A stretch of 64,000 bases of DNA. It comes from Raillietiella orientalis (Eukaryota). The stretch spans positions 1 through 64,000 of the forward strand of contig JAYWIR010000029.1 in NCBI GenBank assembly GCA_036172245.1. The letters run 5' to 3'. Positions 31,929 to 42,700 of this stretch are shown in pieces. Made by a program: the position numbers and the translations under genes. How positions within the stretch are numbered: position 1 is the stretch's first letter; each line of letters opens with the position of its first letter. The notes under the pieces were generated by a model. The model searched no databases. It was given only the letters and a program-made list of their open reading frames with translations, and had not been told where the DNA came from.

Positions 31929-33680
31929 TTGCTCCTGGTAAGATGGCAGTGCGGCGTCCGCCACCTGCTGGGGCGGGACGCTAGGCTGAGCAGGGGGGTC
32001 AGGTGCTGAAGGCACCTGGTCCGCCTCCTCCATCGGTGGCGGCGCGTCGGCCGGATCACCCGCAGGTGGAGTCGCGCCTACCTGTTCGCCCTCCTCCATG
32101 GGGGCGGGCTGTTCAGGGTCGGCGCCTGCAGGGGGGACTTCACCCCCCTGTTTACCCTCCCCTATGGGGGTGGCCGCATCGACGGCTTCCGAGCGTGGGA
32201 ATTCCTCCTCCGAATTTCCCACGCTGGCGACGGCTTCCGTCTTCTCCTCCTCGCTGGTGGAGGGGAGGCGCCTCCTGGGCTTCTGGGACTTGCGTCCCGA
32301 CTTCCTGGGGGGTGCCTCCGAGGAGGAGGATGTGCTTCCGGCCCCCAGGTCTAACTCACCTTTGGGGGCCTTCCTCGCCGGAGCCGGCCTTCGCACGGCC
32401 TTGCGCGAGGGGTTCTCACGCTCGGCCAGCGTGACCGCGAGCTCCTCCGCCGCCTGCGCGAACGCGGCGTCCGCGGCTTCGACCGCCGCTATGTCGCGCG
32501 GCTCACCCTCTGTGTAAACAGAGGGTTCGCCGTCGCGAGCCTCGTGCGCAGCGGAAACGGCAAGGGGAGGATCGACGCTCCGGGTGGCAATCTCGGGAAC
32601 GACGATTCGTTCCAGTGCCACCGTGCACTCGCGCAAAGTTTTCGAGCGCGGACCGGGTTTTTTCGGCTTACCGGCCGTCTTGCGCTCTTTGCTCTCCGCG
32701 GGTGGGAGTTTCCTCGGCTTTCTGGCCTCTGCAAGCTGCCATCCCTCTTCGCCTTCCACCGTTTCAGAAGGTTTATCCTCCGGCTTACGTGCCGGAGGTT
32801 GAGGTGTTGGCAGCTTGTGCTGGCCCTTTTCTACTTTAGGTCTAGAGACCTTTGAAGCACGTTTCCCCTGCGCTTTTTTCGCGGCAGGGGGAACCGGGGT
32901 GGGGCGTTTGGGGCACACGCGCCGAACGTGGCCCCGCTCCCCGCACAAATGGCATTGTATATTGGGACACCTTTTACGTAGGTGTCCCACGGTATCACAA
33001 TGCCCGCAATACCGGGGCTTCCCTACATACCACAGGTCGACGTTTTCTTGCGCCACCTGTAGTTTGTGGGGAAGGCCACAATTCTCCCGTACGGTTACCC
33101 GCGCTGCAGCCTGCCCACCAAAAAGGCTATCGAAGCCGTCGAAAATGGAGGGTTTCGGCCACAGTGCGTGCACTTCACCGTATTTCCGCAATTCCTCACC
33201 AACCGCTGACCGCGTCATGCGGCTGGTGATGCCAGTCATGTGGACCACCACGGAGCGGTCCATAGATACTGGCAGGATCTTGCGGCCGTCTACGTTCAGC
33301 GGCGCATGGATAAGGCGGTGAGCCAAGGTGACATCTTCGCAGACCACCTCGACCCGCTTCCCGCCGCTGAGGACGGAGAGGCCGTCCAGATCCTTCTCTG
33401 TGACATTCGCGTCCTTCAACGCTTTGCTGAAGGCGCGCGCTGTCCGGCCGTCGAACAAGTTGCCTACCTGGTAGACAAGCGATGGCTTGTACCCGGAGGC
33501 CTTGTATGCGGCCATCTCCGCCATGGCTTCTGCGCTGGGCGCGGCCACCATGGCGCTCCATGTCCTCGGCGTGGCCGGGGATGATTCCGGGGCGGCTGCC
33601 CCTGCTCCAGTAGGCTGTGGGGGCGAACTAGCCTCCCCCACTCTCACCTACATCGCGGTGTCCTCTGGCGTCGTGGCCAT
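31929..33680 (-). pseudogene. B1 ORF1 (second copy), early TAG and mutated stop (TAA>CAA)
   Basis: ORF 31791-33647 is nearly identical to 8665-10416. Confidence 0.88.
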
Positions 33681-33779
33681 TGGACACCGACGATGTACAC
33701 AAAACACCACACTGAACAAAAAGCGCTTTCCTACTACTCTTTAGGGAGTGAAGGAAAAACACGTCCTCCAGCTGGCCGC

Positions 33780-35078
33780 GGAGGGGGCTGGCTGCAACGA
33801 GGCTGCCAGCTCCTCCGCGGCTCGCGAGAAGGCTACGTCATCGATGGTGGTGTCGATGACGGACGCCGCCGCCGGCTCGCTTTTCTCGCTGTTGACTGTG
33901 TCAACAGAGGGGAGGTCGTCGGTAGCGGCGAGTTCTTTCCGGCAGCGTTCGGCAACATCGAGAACGCGTTCGACAACGACGCTGCACCCTTTAATTATCG
34001 CGCTACCCTGCTCTTTCTTCTTCTGTTGGTAGGCGATTTTCTTTTCCATCCTCCTCTCCTTCTTTGATTTTTTGGCCGTTGCCACTTGCTACCCAGTCTC
34101 CTGGCCGGCTCCCTCAACTTATTCGGCGTTGGTCGCCGGGGTCTCGGGTGCGGCCTGGGTCTTGGGCGCGGGTGGCACAGCTTTCGCGGCAGCTTTCGCC
34201 GCCAGCCTTTTCTGCAGAATCCGGGCGCGTTTTTTAAAGTTTCTCTTGGAAACCACCCGCACTGCTGCTTTTGGGCACACCTCCCTCGTGTGACCCATTG
34301 TGCCGCATACTTGGAACTGCACATTGGGACACCTCTTTTTGAGGTGGCCCGACGTATTGCAGAAGCCACAGTATTTCGGCTTCCCCACATACCAGAGGTC
34401 GACAGTTTCGCCTTCGACCAGCAGTTTGTGGGGAAGAGTGCAGCCCTCCCAAACGGTCAAGCGCGCAGCCGTGAGGCCGTGTTGCAGCCCCGTGTAGTCC
34501 TCGAAAGGACTTACTTTCGTCCACTGCGCGTGGACCGTTCCAAACTGTTCCAAAGCGGCGCGAACCTGTTCTTTGCGCATTCGCGCGGTCACGCCTAACA
34601 GGTGGACCACCATGCTGCGGTCCGCCGTAGTGGGGAGAAGCCTGCGCGTCCCCATCACAACGGGGGTTTTAAGCAGTCGTTGGGCCAGCTCTGCATGTTT
34701 GCAGATGACCTCAACGTACTGACCCCCGCTGCGGATGGTCATAGCGCTGAGCTCCTCCTCTTTCACATCGAGAGCGCGCATGCCCTGCGAGAAGGCGCGC
34801 GCGCTCTCTAAAGAATATAAATTGCCTACCTTGTAGAACAATGAGGGGTTGTACCCCTCCTCCACATAGGCCGACAATTCCGCCGCGGCTGCAGGCGATG
34901 GCGCCAACACAACGGCGCTCCACGCCCGCGCTGCAGCGGGGACCGATTCTGTGGGTGCGGATGCCCCCACCTCCATCGCCTCTGGGGGCGACGTTGCCGC
35001 CGCCCCCTGGCTCTCCATCGCCTCTGGGGGCGGCATTGCCGCTGCCCCCTGGCCATCCCTGGTGGTCGCGTCAGGCAT
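33780..35078 (-). pseudogene. A ORF1 N-terminal part (MPDATT... to LQPAPS)
   Basis: ORFs 34119-35228 and 33741-34085; zinc knuckles; in-frame stop at 34119. Confidence 0.88.
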
Positions 35079-35172
35079 CGCTGCCTGATCGACCACCGAA
35101 CCACACGACGCTTGCACTGGGGGAGACTTCCTGGCACGAGGAGCACCGAGAAAACACGTCCACCCTAGAGCG

Positions 35173-37276
35173 CACAAGGCGTTCGACTGTGTGGACCAGG
35201 AACTCCTCTTGGAGCTCCTGGGTCGCATGGGCTTTTAACCCTCCCTGATTTCCTACCTGCGCTCTTGCTGGCAGAATGCGATAATTATCGTCTCTTTCAG
35301 CGGTCAAAAGGTGTATGGCGTGCCGGTGCGGCGGGGCATAAGGCAGGGAGATAGCCTCAGCCCCCTGCTCTTCAGCACCTACTTTGAGTTGGTGCTGAGA
35401 GCGTACAGGGTGACTTTGGCCCCATTGCCGAGCTCGTGCCCCGGCACGCCCGCCGTAGCAGCGAGCGCCGACGATCTTCTGCTTTTGTTGCTAATGTCCA
35501 CCCCGGCGAAGGCGGCCGGAGACTTCTTCGATCTGCTCAGCCGCGGAACCGGACTGCAGGTTAACAGGGCGAAGTCGTCGGTTGTGCCAATAGGTGCGGC
35601 GTGGGCAGGGCAGCAGGACTGGGTCCGTCTGGGGATCCCCACGGCGAGGTGCTTCAAGTACCCTTGTGTGCCTTTGGGGGACTACACCCCTGCGGAAGCG
35701 TGGTCCAGCTGCCTCCAAAAAGTCGAGACGGCGATCGTCCCGTTCCTGGAAGGCAAGTTTCACTTGCCGGAACGGGCCGTGGTTCGGAACGCCTTCGCGG
35801 CCCCCATCCTCCGCCCTTTGCTTTTTGTTTGCCCTCCCACCGTGGAATCCAAGAAGAGGACGAAGGACCTCCTCCGTATCGCCCTTTGGGGCAAGGGGAG
35901 GCCCCGAGTCCCACTGAAGGACTTGTGCGCTCCGCGTCGGGTCGGCGGTCTTGGCCTCCTGACGCTGGAGCGCGTGGAGAAGCAGCTGCGGTGGCGAATT
36001 CTCGCCATCGCAGCGAAGATGTGGTGCACCCCTTGGTGCACTCCAGCCCGCCTCCTGGCCAGCCGTGTGTCCCGGTGCGATGGACTCGCGTCTTTTCTTC
36101 TCAGCCGTGGCCGGAAGATGCGAAGATGCGGCCTACTGCTCGGGCGCATGGCAACATTGGCCAAGGAGAACAGCTGGATGGTTTGCTGCCCCGCCAACTC
36201 CCCCGCCTGGCTGGAGGAAAATATTGGAACGTGGGCAGTGGTTAACCAGAGAAGCCACGAGACTTGGAATCGTCTCCGATGCAGCCCCTACGCCCGCTGC
36301 ACGCTGCGGAATCTCCTGGAGAGTCCAGCAAGATGCACGTGGGCAGAGACGACCTGTCTAGCTACGCCGCTGCCCTTCCTGAAGAGGGCACTTCAAAGCA
36401 GCCGGACGCCAAGGTGACAAGTCTCCTGCTGCATCGAGGGACGCGAAAAGTTGATCAGCGGCTGGACAACAGGAGAACTGGCAGACGCCATGACCCCGAG
36501 CGTCCAGCCGCGAGGACTAAGAAGATGGGGAGAGCTGCTGGCCATCCCTATGGATGTGCTGATGTGGCCCCCGCTTCTTCAGGAATCCAGGATCCTGCCT
36601 CTTAAGTGGAAAGAGTCGGCGTTGCTGTTGTTGCATTGGGGTTTACCCTGCAACGCACGCCGCTCTCACTGGACAAGAGGAGTTGTGGATCCTGCGTGTG
36701 TCAGGTGCGGAGAGCGGGAATCGCTCTCCCACCTTATTGTGGACTGTGCTGCCCTTCGTCCCCTTTGGGAACGGTTTGGGACGATCCTCGGTCTCCCAAC
36801 GGGCAGTTGCCCTAGAGACGTTCTTCGGCCCCTCTTCGTGAAGGACGCCCTGCAGCCAGCCGCAGCCCTTGCAGCCTTGTGCTGCGTCCGAGGCATCGTG
36901 GCGGCATGGAGCGACACCAACAAGGAAGGAGTGGGTCAACACGCGAGGGATGTCATCCCATATGCCCAACGCTTCTTGCGAAGAGCTGCCGGATGGCCCC
37001 AACTGGGGAATATGCAGACTGACCTCGAGGGCTTCGTTCGACGGATGGGCCCTCTCCACAGCGAACAGTGATCCCTTCCCTGCCCTCCAACTTCTTTTTG
37101 TTTGTTTCTTTTTATTTTACTTTTTGTCTTATCCCCATCCCCCTTCGCTGTCGGGGAGTGCCACGCCGGGCTGCGTCCCGGTGTCCCGACAGGTCCTGTG
37201 TTTACGGCCGTGGTGGGGCCTTGTACCACGCATGTAAAGTTTATTAATAAACGCCCCGGGCGTACCCGGGTGATAA
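35173..37276 (+). mobile_element. 3' half of B element (HKAFD to 3' end); resumes the ORF2 broken at 18038
   Basis: ORFs 35311-36417 and 36451-37071; 3' AATAAACGCCCCGGGCGTACCCGGGTGATAA. Confidence 0.92.
37246..37276 (+). terminator. 3' terminal module AATAAA + GC hairpin (11 copies across all families)
   Basis: AATAAA-CG-CC-CCGGG-CGTA-CCCGGG-TGATAA here; variants at 1472, 5078, 16757, 18039, 22221, 25569, 45514, 45884, 54407 and 57962. Confidence 0.7.
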
Positions 37277-37288
37277 CGCCGAATCCCC
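37277..37288. repeat. 12-bp isolated target sequence CGCCGAATCCCC between two head-to-tail B elements
   Basis: Exact reverse complement of 5066-5077 (GGGGATTCGGCG, the RGFG codons). Confidence 0.85.
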
Positions 37289-37388
37289 GCTGTGGAGAGC
37301 GGACGTGCTTTTCCTGCGCTCCGCCTGCGTGGCAAAGCGAGTGTTTTTTCTTCTTGAGTGATTTGTGCGTGCACATCGTCGGTGTCCG

Positions 37389-39263
37389 ATGGCAGCGTTG
37401 CCAGAGGACACCGCGATGGAAGTAGGCGTGATGGAGGCTTGTTCGTCCCCACAGCCTACTGGATCAGCGGCATCCGCCCCGGAATCGTCCCCGGCGACGC
37501 CGAGGTCATGGAGCGCCATGGTGGCCGCGCCTAGCGTGGAAGCCATGGCCGAGATGGAAGCCTACAAGAAAGCGGGGTATAAACCCTCGCTAGTCTACAA
37601 GGTAGGCAACCTTTTCGATGGGCGAACTGCACGCGCCTTTACGAATTTCGCTGCAGGACGCCAATATCTTTGAAAAAGATCTCGACGGCCTCTGCGTCCT
37701 CAGCGGCGGGCAGCGGGTCGAGGTGGTATGCAAGGATATCACCTTGGCCCGACACCTGATCACCGACCCGCTGATCGTTCATGGTCGGAAGATCTTGCCG
37801 ATAACGATGGACCGCTCGGTGGTGGTCCATCTCACTGGGATCTCCAGTCGCATGACAAGGTCAGCGGTTCGAGAACAGCTACAGAAGCACGGAGAAGTGC
37901 ACGCGTTGTGGCCGAAGTCCACGATTTTCCAAGGCTACAATAGCCTTTTCGGAGGTCAAGCTGCGGCGCGTATCACAGTAAAAGAGGGTGGTGCGCTTCC
38001 CCACAAGCTGGAGGTCTGCCAAGAAGCGCTGGACCTCTGGTACGTTGGGAAACGCCAATTTTGTGGCTACTGCAATGCAGTAGGGCATCTACGAAAAAGG
38101 TGCCCGAACATTGTGTGTCACCTATGCGGCGAAAAGGGTCACGTTCGGCGGGTGTGCCCCAAGCACCCCACCCCGGTGCCCCCTGCCGCCAAAAAGGGGC
38201 AGGGAAAACGTGGAAAGCTGGTAGAAAGACCAGCTCGCGAAAATGGCCGTTCCCAACTGCCAGCCTCCCTTCCTCCCGTACAGACGTCGGAGGAAATAGC
38301 TCCCGTGGACGCGGGAATAAAGGAGGTTTGGCAGCTGGTTCAGGCCAGAAAAGAGAAAAAGAAGAAAGTGATGCCAGAAGAAAAGCCGGAGAAGAAAACC
38401 GCCGGCAACAAGAAAAAAGCCGCGCCGCTTTCAAAAAAAAAATCCGCAAATGCTCGGTGGGACTGGAACGCTTAGCCGTTCCTGCCGAGTCCGCCCGCGG
38501 CAATGTTCGCGGAACAGCTGATGCGGACGCGATGAATACTCGCGTGGACGAGCCCAATCTACGTGTAGAGGGTGAGACGCGAGTCTCGCGCGGCGACAGC
38601 CAGGACGCCGCGCTCGATTAAGTCGCGGAGGAGCCCGCGGCAACGTTCGCCGTCAACGATGACGCCGCGCTCGATAAGGTCGCGGAGCAGCGCGCGGCAA
38701 CGGTCGCCGCTGGCGAAGACGCGACCTTCGAGAAAGCGGCGGAGGAGCTCGCAGCAACGCTCGCCGAGCGCGAAACCCCGTCGCGCAAGGGCGTACGCAG
38801 GTCGGCTCCGACGAAGAAGGCCCCCGCAGGTGAGTGCGACCTGGGGGCCGGAAGCGGATCCTCCTCCTCGGAGGCACCCCCCAGGACGTCGGGACGCAAG
38901 TCCCAGAAACCCAGGAGGCGCCTCCCCTCCACCAGCGAGGAGGAGAAACCGGAAGGAAGCGGCAGCGTGGGAATCCCGGAGGGGGAAATCCTACGCTCGG
39001 AAGCCGTCGAGCCGGCCACCCCCATGGAGGAGGGTGAGCAGGGGGGCAAAGTCCTGCCTGCAGTCGCCGAGCCTGAACAGCCCGCCCCCATGGAGGAGGG
39101 CCAACAGGTAGGCGCGACCCCACCTAAGGGTGACCCGCTCGACGCGCCGTTACCCATGGAGGAGGAGGAAAAGGTGCCTTCAGTACCTGTCCCTCCTCCC
39201 CCTCCACCTAACGTTCCGCCGCAACAGGTGGCGGACGCCGCATCGCCATCTTCCCAGGAATAA
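37389..39263 (+). pseudogene. B2 ORF1, frameshifted
   Basis: MAALPEDTAMEV start; ORFs 37365-37673, 37618-38475 (two knuckles) and 38967-39263. Confidence 0.86.
38604..38774 (+). repeat. 3 x 57-bp in-frame tandem repeat in B2 ORF1
   Basis: Units start GACGC at 38604, 38661 and 38718, each a variant of DAAFEKAAEELAATLAERE. Confidence 0.8.
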
Positions 39264-39731
39264 CACCTGGGCTCGCCAGTCGCCGTCGGATTCGCGCCGC
39301 CTGTTGGAATGTCAACGGGCTGCGCGACGACGGTAACAGGCGAGATACGGCCGACACCCTGCGTGAGCTCGACCTGGCCCTGCTGCATGAGATCCACCTG
39401 ATCACCGCGGCAGACGCCCAGGAGATCGAGATGATCGCGGGGGGTCGGCTGTATTTGCGGTGCGGCCTCCGCAACACCTGCGGGGTCGCGTTCTTCGTCA
39501 AGCCGGCCATCGACGCGGCCGTGAAGGGCGCGCGCTTCGATGACGACGGTCGGGTCGGTAAGCTGATTCTCAGCTGGTCCGACCCGATCGAATTGATCGT
39601 CACGAATGTGTACGCCCCCAGCGGTAAACAGGGATACAGCGACCGTACCAGGCTGCTGGATTCCCTGAAGCGCGACTGGCTGGCGAACACGAGCGTGCGG
39701 AAGGCTCACCTGATAGCGGGAGATTTCAATC

Positions 39732-42700
39732 GAGTGCGGACGTGTTTTTCTTCGCTCTCGTCTCCGTGCTTTCATCCGCTTCATCTTGGCGTCGTACATT
39801 TTGACGACGATGTCGACCCAACTTGAAGCTACTGAAGTTGGAGGAACAGCATATGGATCTGCAATCGCGGAACCGACGGCCGCCTCCACTTCGTCATTCT
39901 CGCCAATGGAGAGGAGTTTTGCTGACGTTGCTGCCACAGCAGCCGTCAAAGGGAAGCCACTCGACGAGTCGGAGTTGCGGGCATACGTAGCCGAAGGCTA
40001 TAGACCTGCTCTCCGATATAAGGTGAGTGGGTTTCTTTCTGCGCGCGACGGGAATCAGTACCTTCTCGCCATTATGCCCGTAAAAGACATAGGCTATTTC
40101 AAGGTGCGTTGCAAAGACGCTGCACTTGTGCAACGCTTGCTGCGCACCCCGTTGTCGATTCGTGGCCAGAAGGTCTTCCCGGCCGCCATGGACGACTCAT
40201 TTGTGGCGGAGATTTTCGAGATGGAGTCGGAAATCCCCTTTATTGATATTCGGAACGCGTTGGCAAAATTAGCCACGGTCCATGCGCCGTGGAGGGTGCG
40301 GAGCAACCTCAAGGACTTCCCGTCCATACACAGCGGAGTCGCTGTAGTCCGGCTGACGACCAGTTGGTAGAACAATTACCTGGTTCGTGGGCAAAGTAGA
40401 AACGTGCGAGCAATGCGGGAAGGAGGGGCATTGTTTGAATAAATGCCCCTCTGGAAAATGCCGTTATTGCAAACTATCCAGGCACCCATTGAAAAATTGC
40501 CCGGATCTTTTGCGAAAAAAGGCAGCCGCGGAGCTTCATCTTAAGAAACAAGGCGCGGAGAAAAAGAAAAAATCTGCGAAAAACATGGAGACCCCACGGC
40601 AGAAATTCGGTAAAAACGCGAGGCGGAATGTCGCCCCAAAGCAGCATGAAACCTCGCACGCGAAGCCCTGCGTGCCCACTCTCGAGGCAGGGGAGCCGAA
40701 AAAGAAAGAGTGCGGGTAATCCGGGGCAATGGTAAGTCCCCCTAGGCGCAATAGCTGTCCTTCGCGAGCACGCCCGGCTCTTTCGGAGTTCGAGCAACCG
40801 GCGGGGACGTCAATGGACAACGGCGGTAAGGACACTTCCAGTACCGTTAGATCCAATCCTTCACCTCCTGCAGTGACTGAGAAGCCCAAATCGGGTAAGA
40901 AGGGTTGTGCAGTGTCGACTTCGAAAGTCGGCAAAAAACAATCCGCGTCGCGATCCGACACCGCGAAAGCGGAGAAAAATCTCACGCCGTCGCAATCGGA
41001 GAGCAAGCTCTCGACTGGCGCGGATGCCATGCCAACGAAGGGATTAAAAGCCCTTCCGAAGGCAGCGTCCATGACGAGCGTGTCGAAGCCATCCAAAGTG
41101 CTCCCGTTGAAAGACGGCTTCAAAGATGGCCAGGCAATGGAGCACAATATCCATTTACGGCGCCACGCGAAGTGAGGAACCGTAATGGTAAAGAAGACTT
41201 CAGCAAGGGTCCCTCCGCGCAACTGCGCGTGAGCAGCTGAAAACGCGCGCGCCCGGAAAGCAGCCGTCACCAAAAGCGATGCTCTGGAGACGGAAAAGAC
41301 AACAGGACAGCTGTCAATCCGGCAGAACCTGTCACTACTTCGCGGAAGGCCGAAACTCGATCCGAACATGCGCCGGTCGGACTCCGAAATGCGTACCGAT
41401 CACCGAGACGAGGACAACTCGTTCAAGCGTGTGCGCACCGATTAATAGTAGGCAGCCAGGCAACGCTCGCCGCGAAGCAGCTTGAGTTCCTCCCAATATC
41501 CAAGAAGGACACACAAGGGGTGGGCACCTCAACTGCATGCAGCACGACGGAGGACGGTGGCGACCTCTTCTCCAGCCGGTCGTGCTGCTCGCCGTCCGCT
41601 CGCCGGATAAAGCGAGCAAAAAGCCGATGCCTTCCCAGCAGTAATGCGGGGAATCGCGTCTTGTCGTCGTCTGTCCGTCGCGTGCTGGAACATGAATGGA
41701 CTGCAGAACGACGGGGAGAGACGATTAGTAGCCAACGCCCTGCTTCTCTTCCACCTCGTGTTTCTGCAGGAGATTCACGTAATCTCCCACGAGCAGGCTG
41801 CGGAAGTATAAGATCACGTAGGCGGAACGCTACATTGGCGGTGCGGCGACGCCCATACGTGCAACGTCGCGTTCCTCGTAAGAGGAAAAATTACAGAAGC
41901 GGTGCGTGGTGTTCGTCTCGACGACAAAGAAAGGGTAGGCCAACTTGTCATCAGGTGGTCCGAGTCCATCGATATTGTCGTTACCAATAACTACGCACCC
42001 AATGGCTCTCGCTACCTTGAAAGAAAAGTACCTTTCTTTGGTGAGGTGCAGAGCCACTGGCTAAAAAAACTCCGGCCACCAAATAGCACACCTCGTTGTA
42101 GAGGACTTCAACGTCCGCGTGCTCTCCGACGATTGGAGCCGCCGCAGAGAGCGCGCGCTGCCCATCGAGATGTGCGCGTCGGTGCACGCCGCAAACTTGA
42201 TGGTCAGCGAACCTGGAATGGAAAGTTCGCTCGATCACGTTTTCCTCGATGAAAACCTGCATTCGCGTGTGGGCAGGAGAAAAAGGTTGTTGACTGGGCT
42301 TTTTGGCCACGACTGGTTGTCGTAAGTGCTCCTTCAGTTAAATAAGGGGCCTATGTTGCAAAACTGGAGGATGCAGACGGATTGGCTTAGCCACCCGGAG
42401 GCTGCGGAGCATCTCCGTGAACACCTACGAGGCTTCGCCATTCAAGAACTTGCAAACTAGGACGATCTCAAAAGATCTGTTCGCGAGTTCTGCTGCCGAT
42501 TCCCCTTGCATTGCCTTCCACGCGGTTTCGGAGAAGACGTGGCCAACAGCAGACACTTTCTGCATGCTCGCACGTTTTCCAGACGCGCGGATGTTGGATG
42601 TCTTGCGGAGTACAAGGCGAGGGTTGAGCGTGAGGTTTGGCAGTCCGGAGCAGCATGCCTGTTGGACGAAAAGGGCCATAAATGCTCGACCCCAGCCGAA

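Larger units (their letters stand above)
22221..33779 (-). mobile_element. Full-length B1 element interrupted by C copy 2; short TSD CCTCC in A ORF1
   Basis: GGAGG at 22216-22220 and 33780-33784; 5' GGACGTG at 33760-33766; 3' AATAAA-hairpin-GTAAA at 22221-22251. Confidence 0.9.
18039..35172 (-). mobile_element. Full-length A element (own sequence 18039-22220 and 33780-35172) interrupted by B1 and C; 14-bp TSD CACAAGGCGTTCGA
   Basis: TSD at 18025-18038 and 35173-35186; 5' GGACGTG at 35155-35161; 3' AATAAA-hairpin at 18039-18069. Confidence 0.92.

Noticed and set aside
5066..37288. Large inverted arms as terminal inverted repeats of a giant DNA transposon, or as LTRs
   Set aside because: The arms consist of nested LINE pieces. 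No transposase, integrase, protease or primer-binding site was seen.
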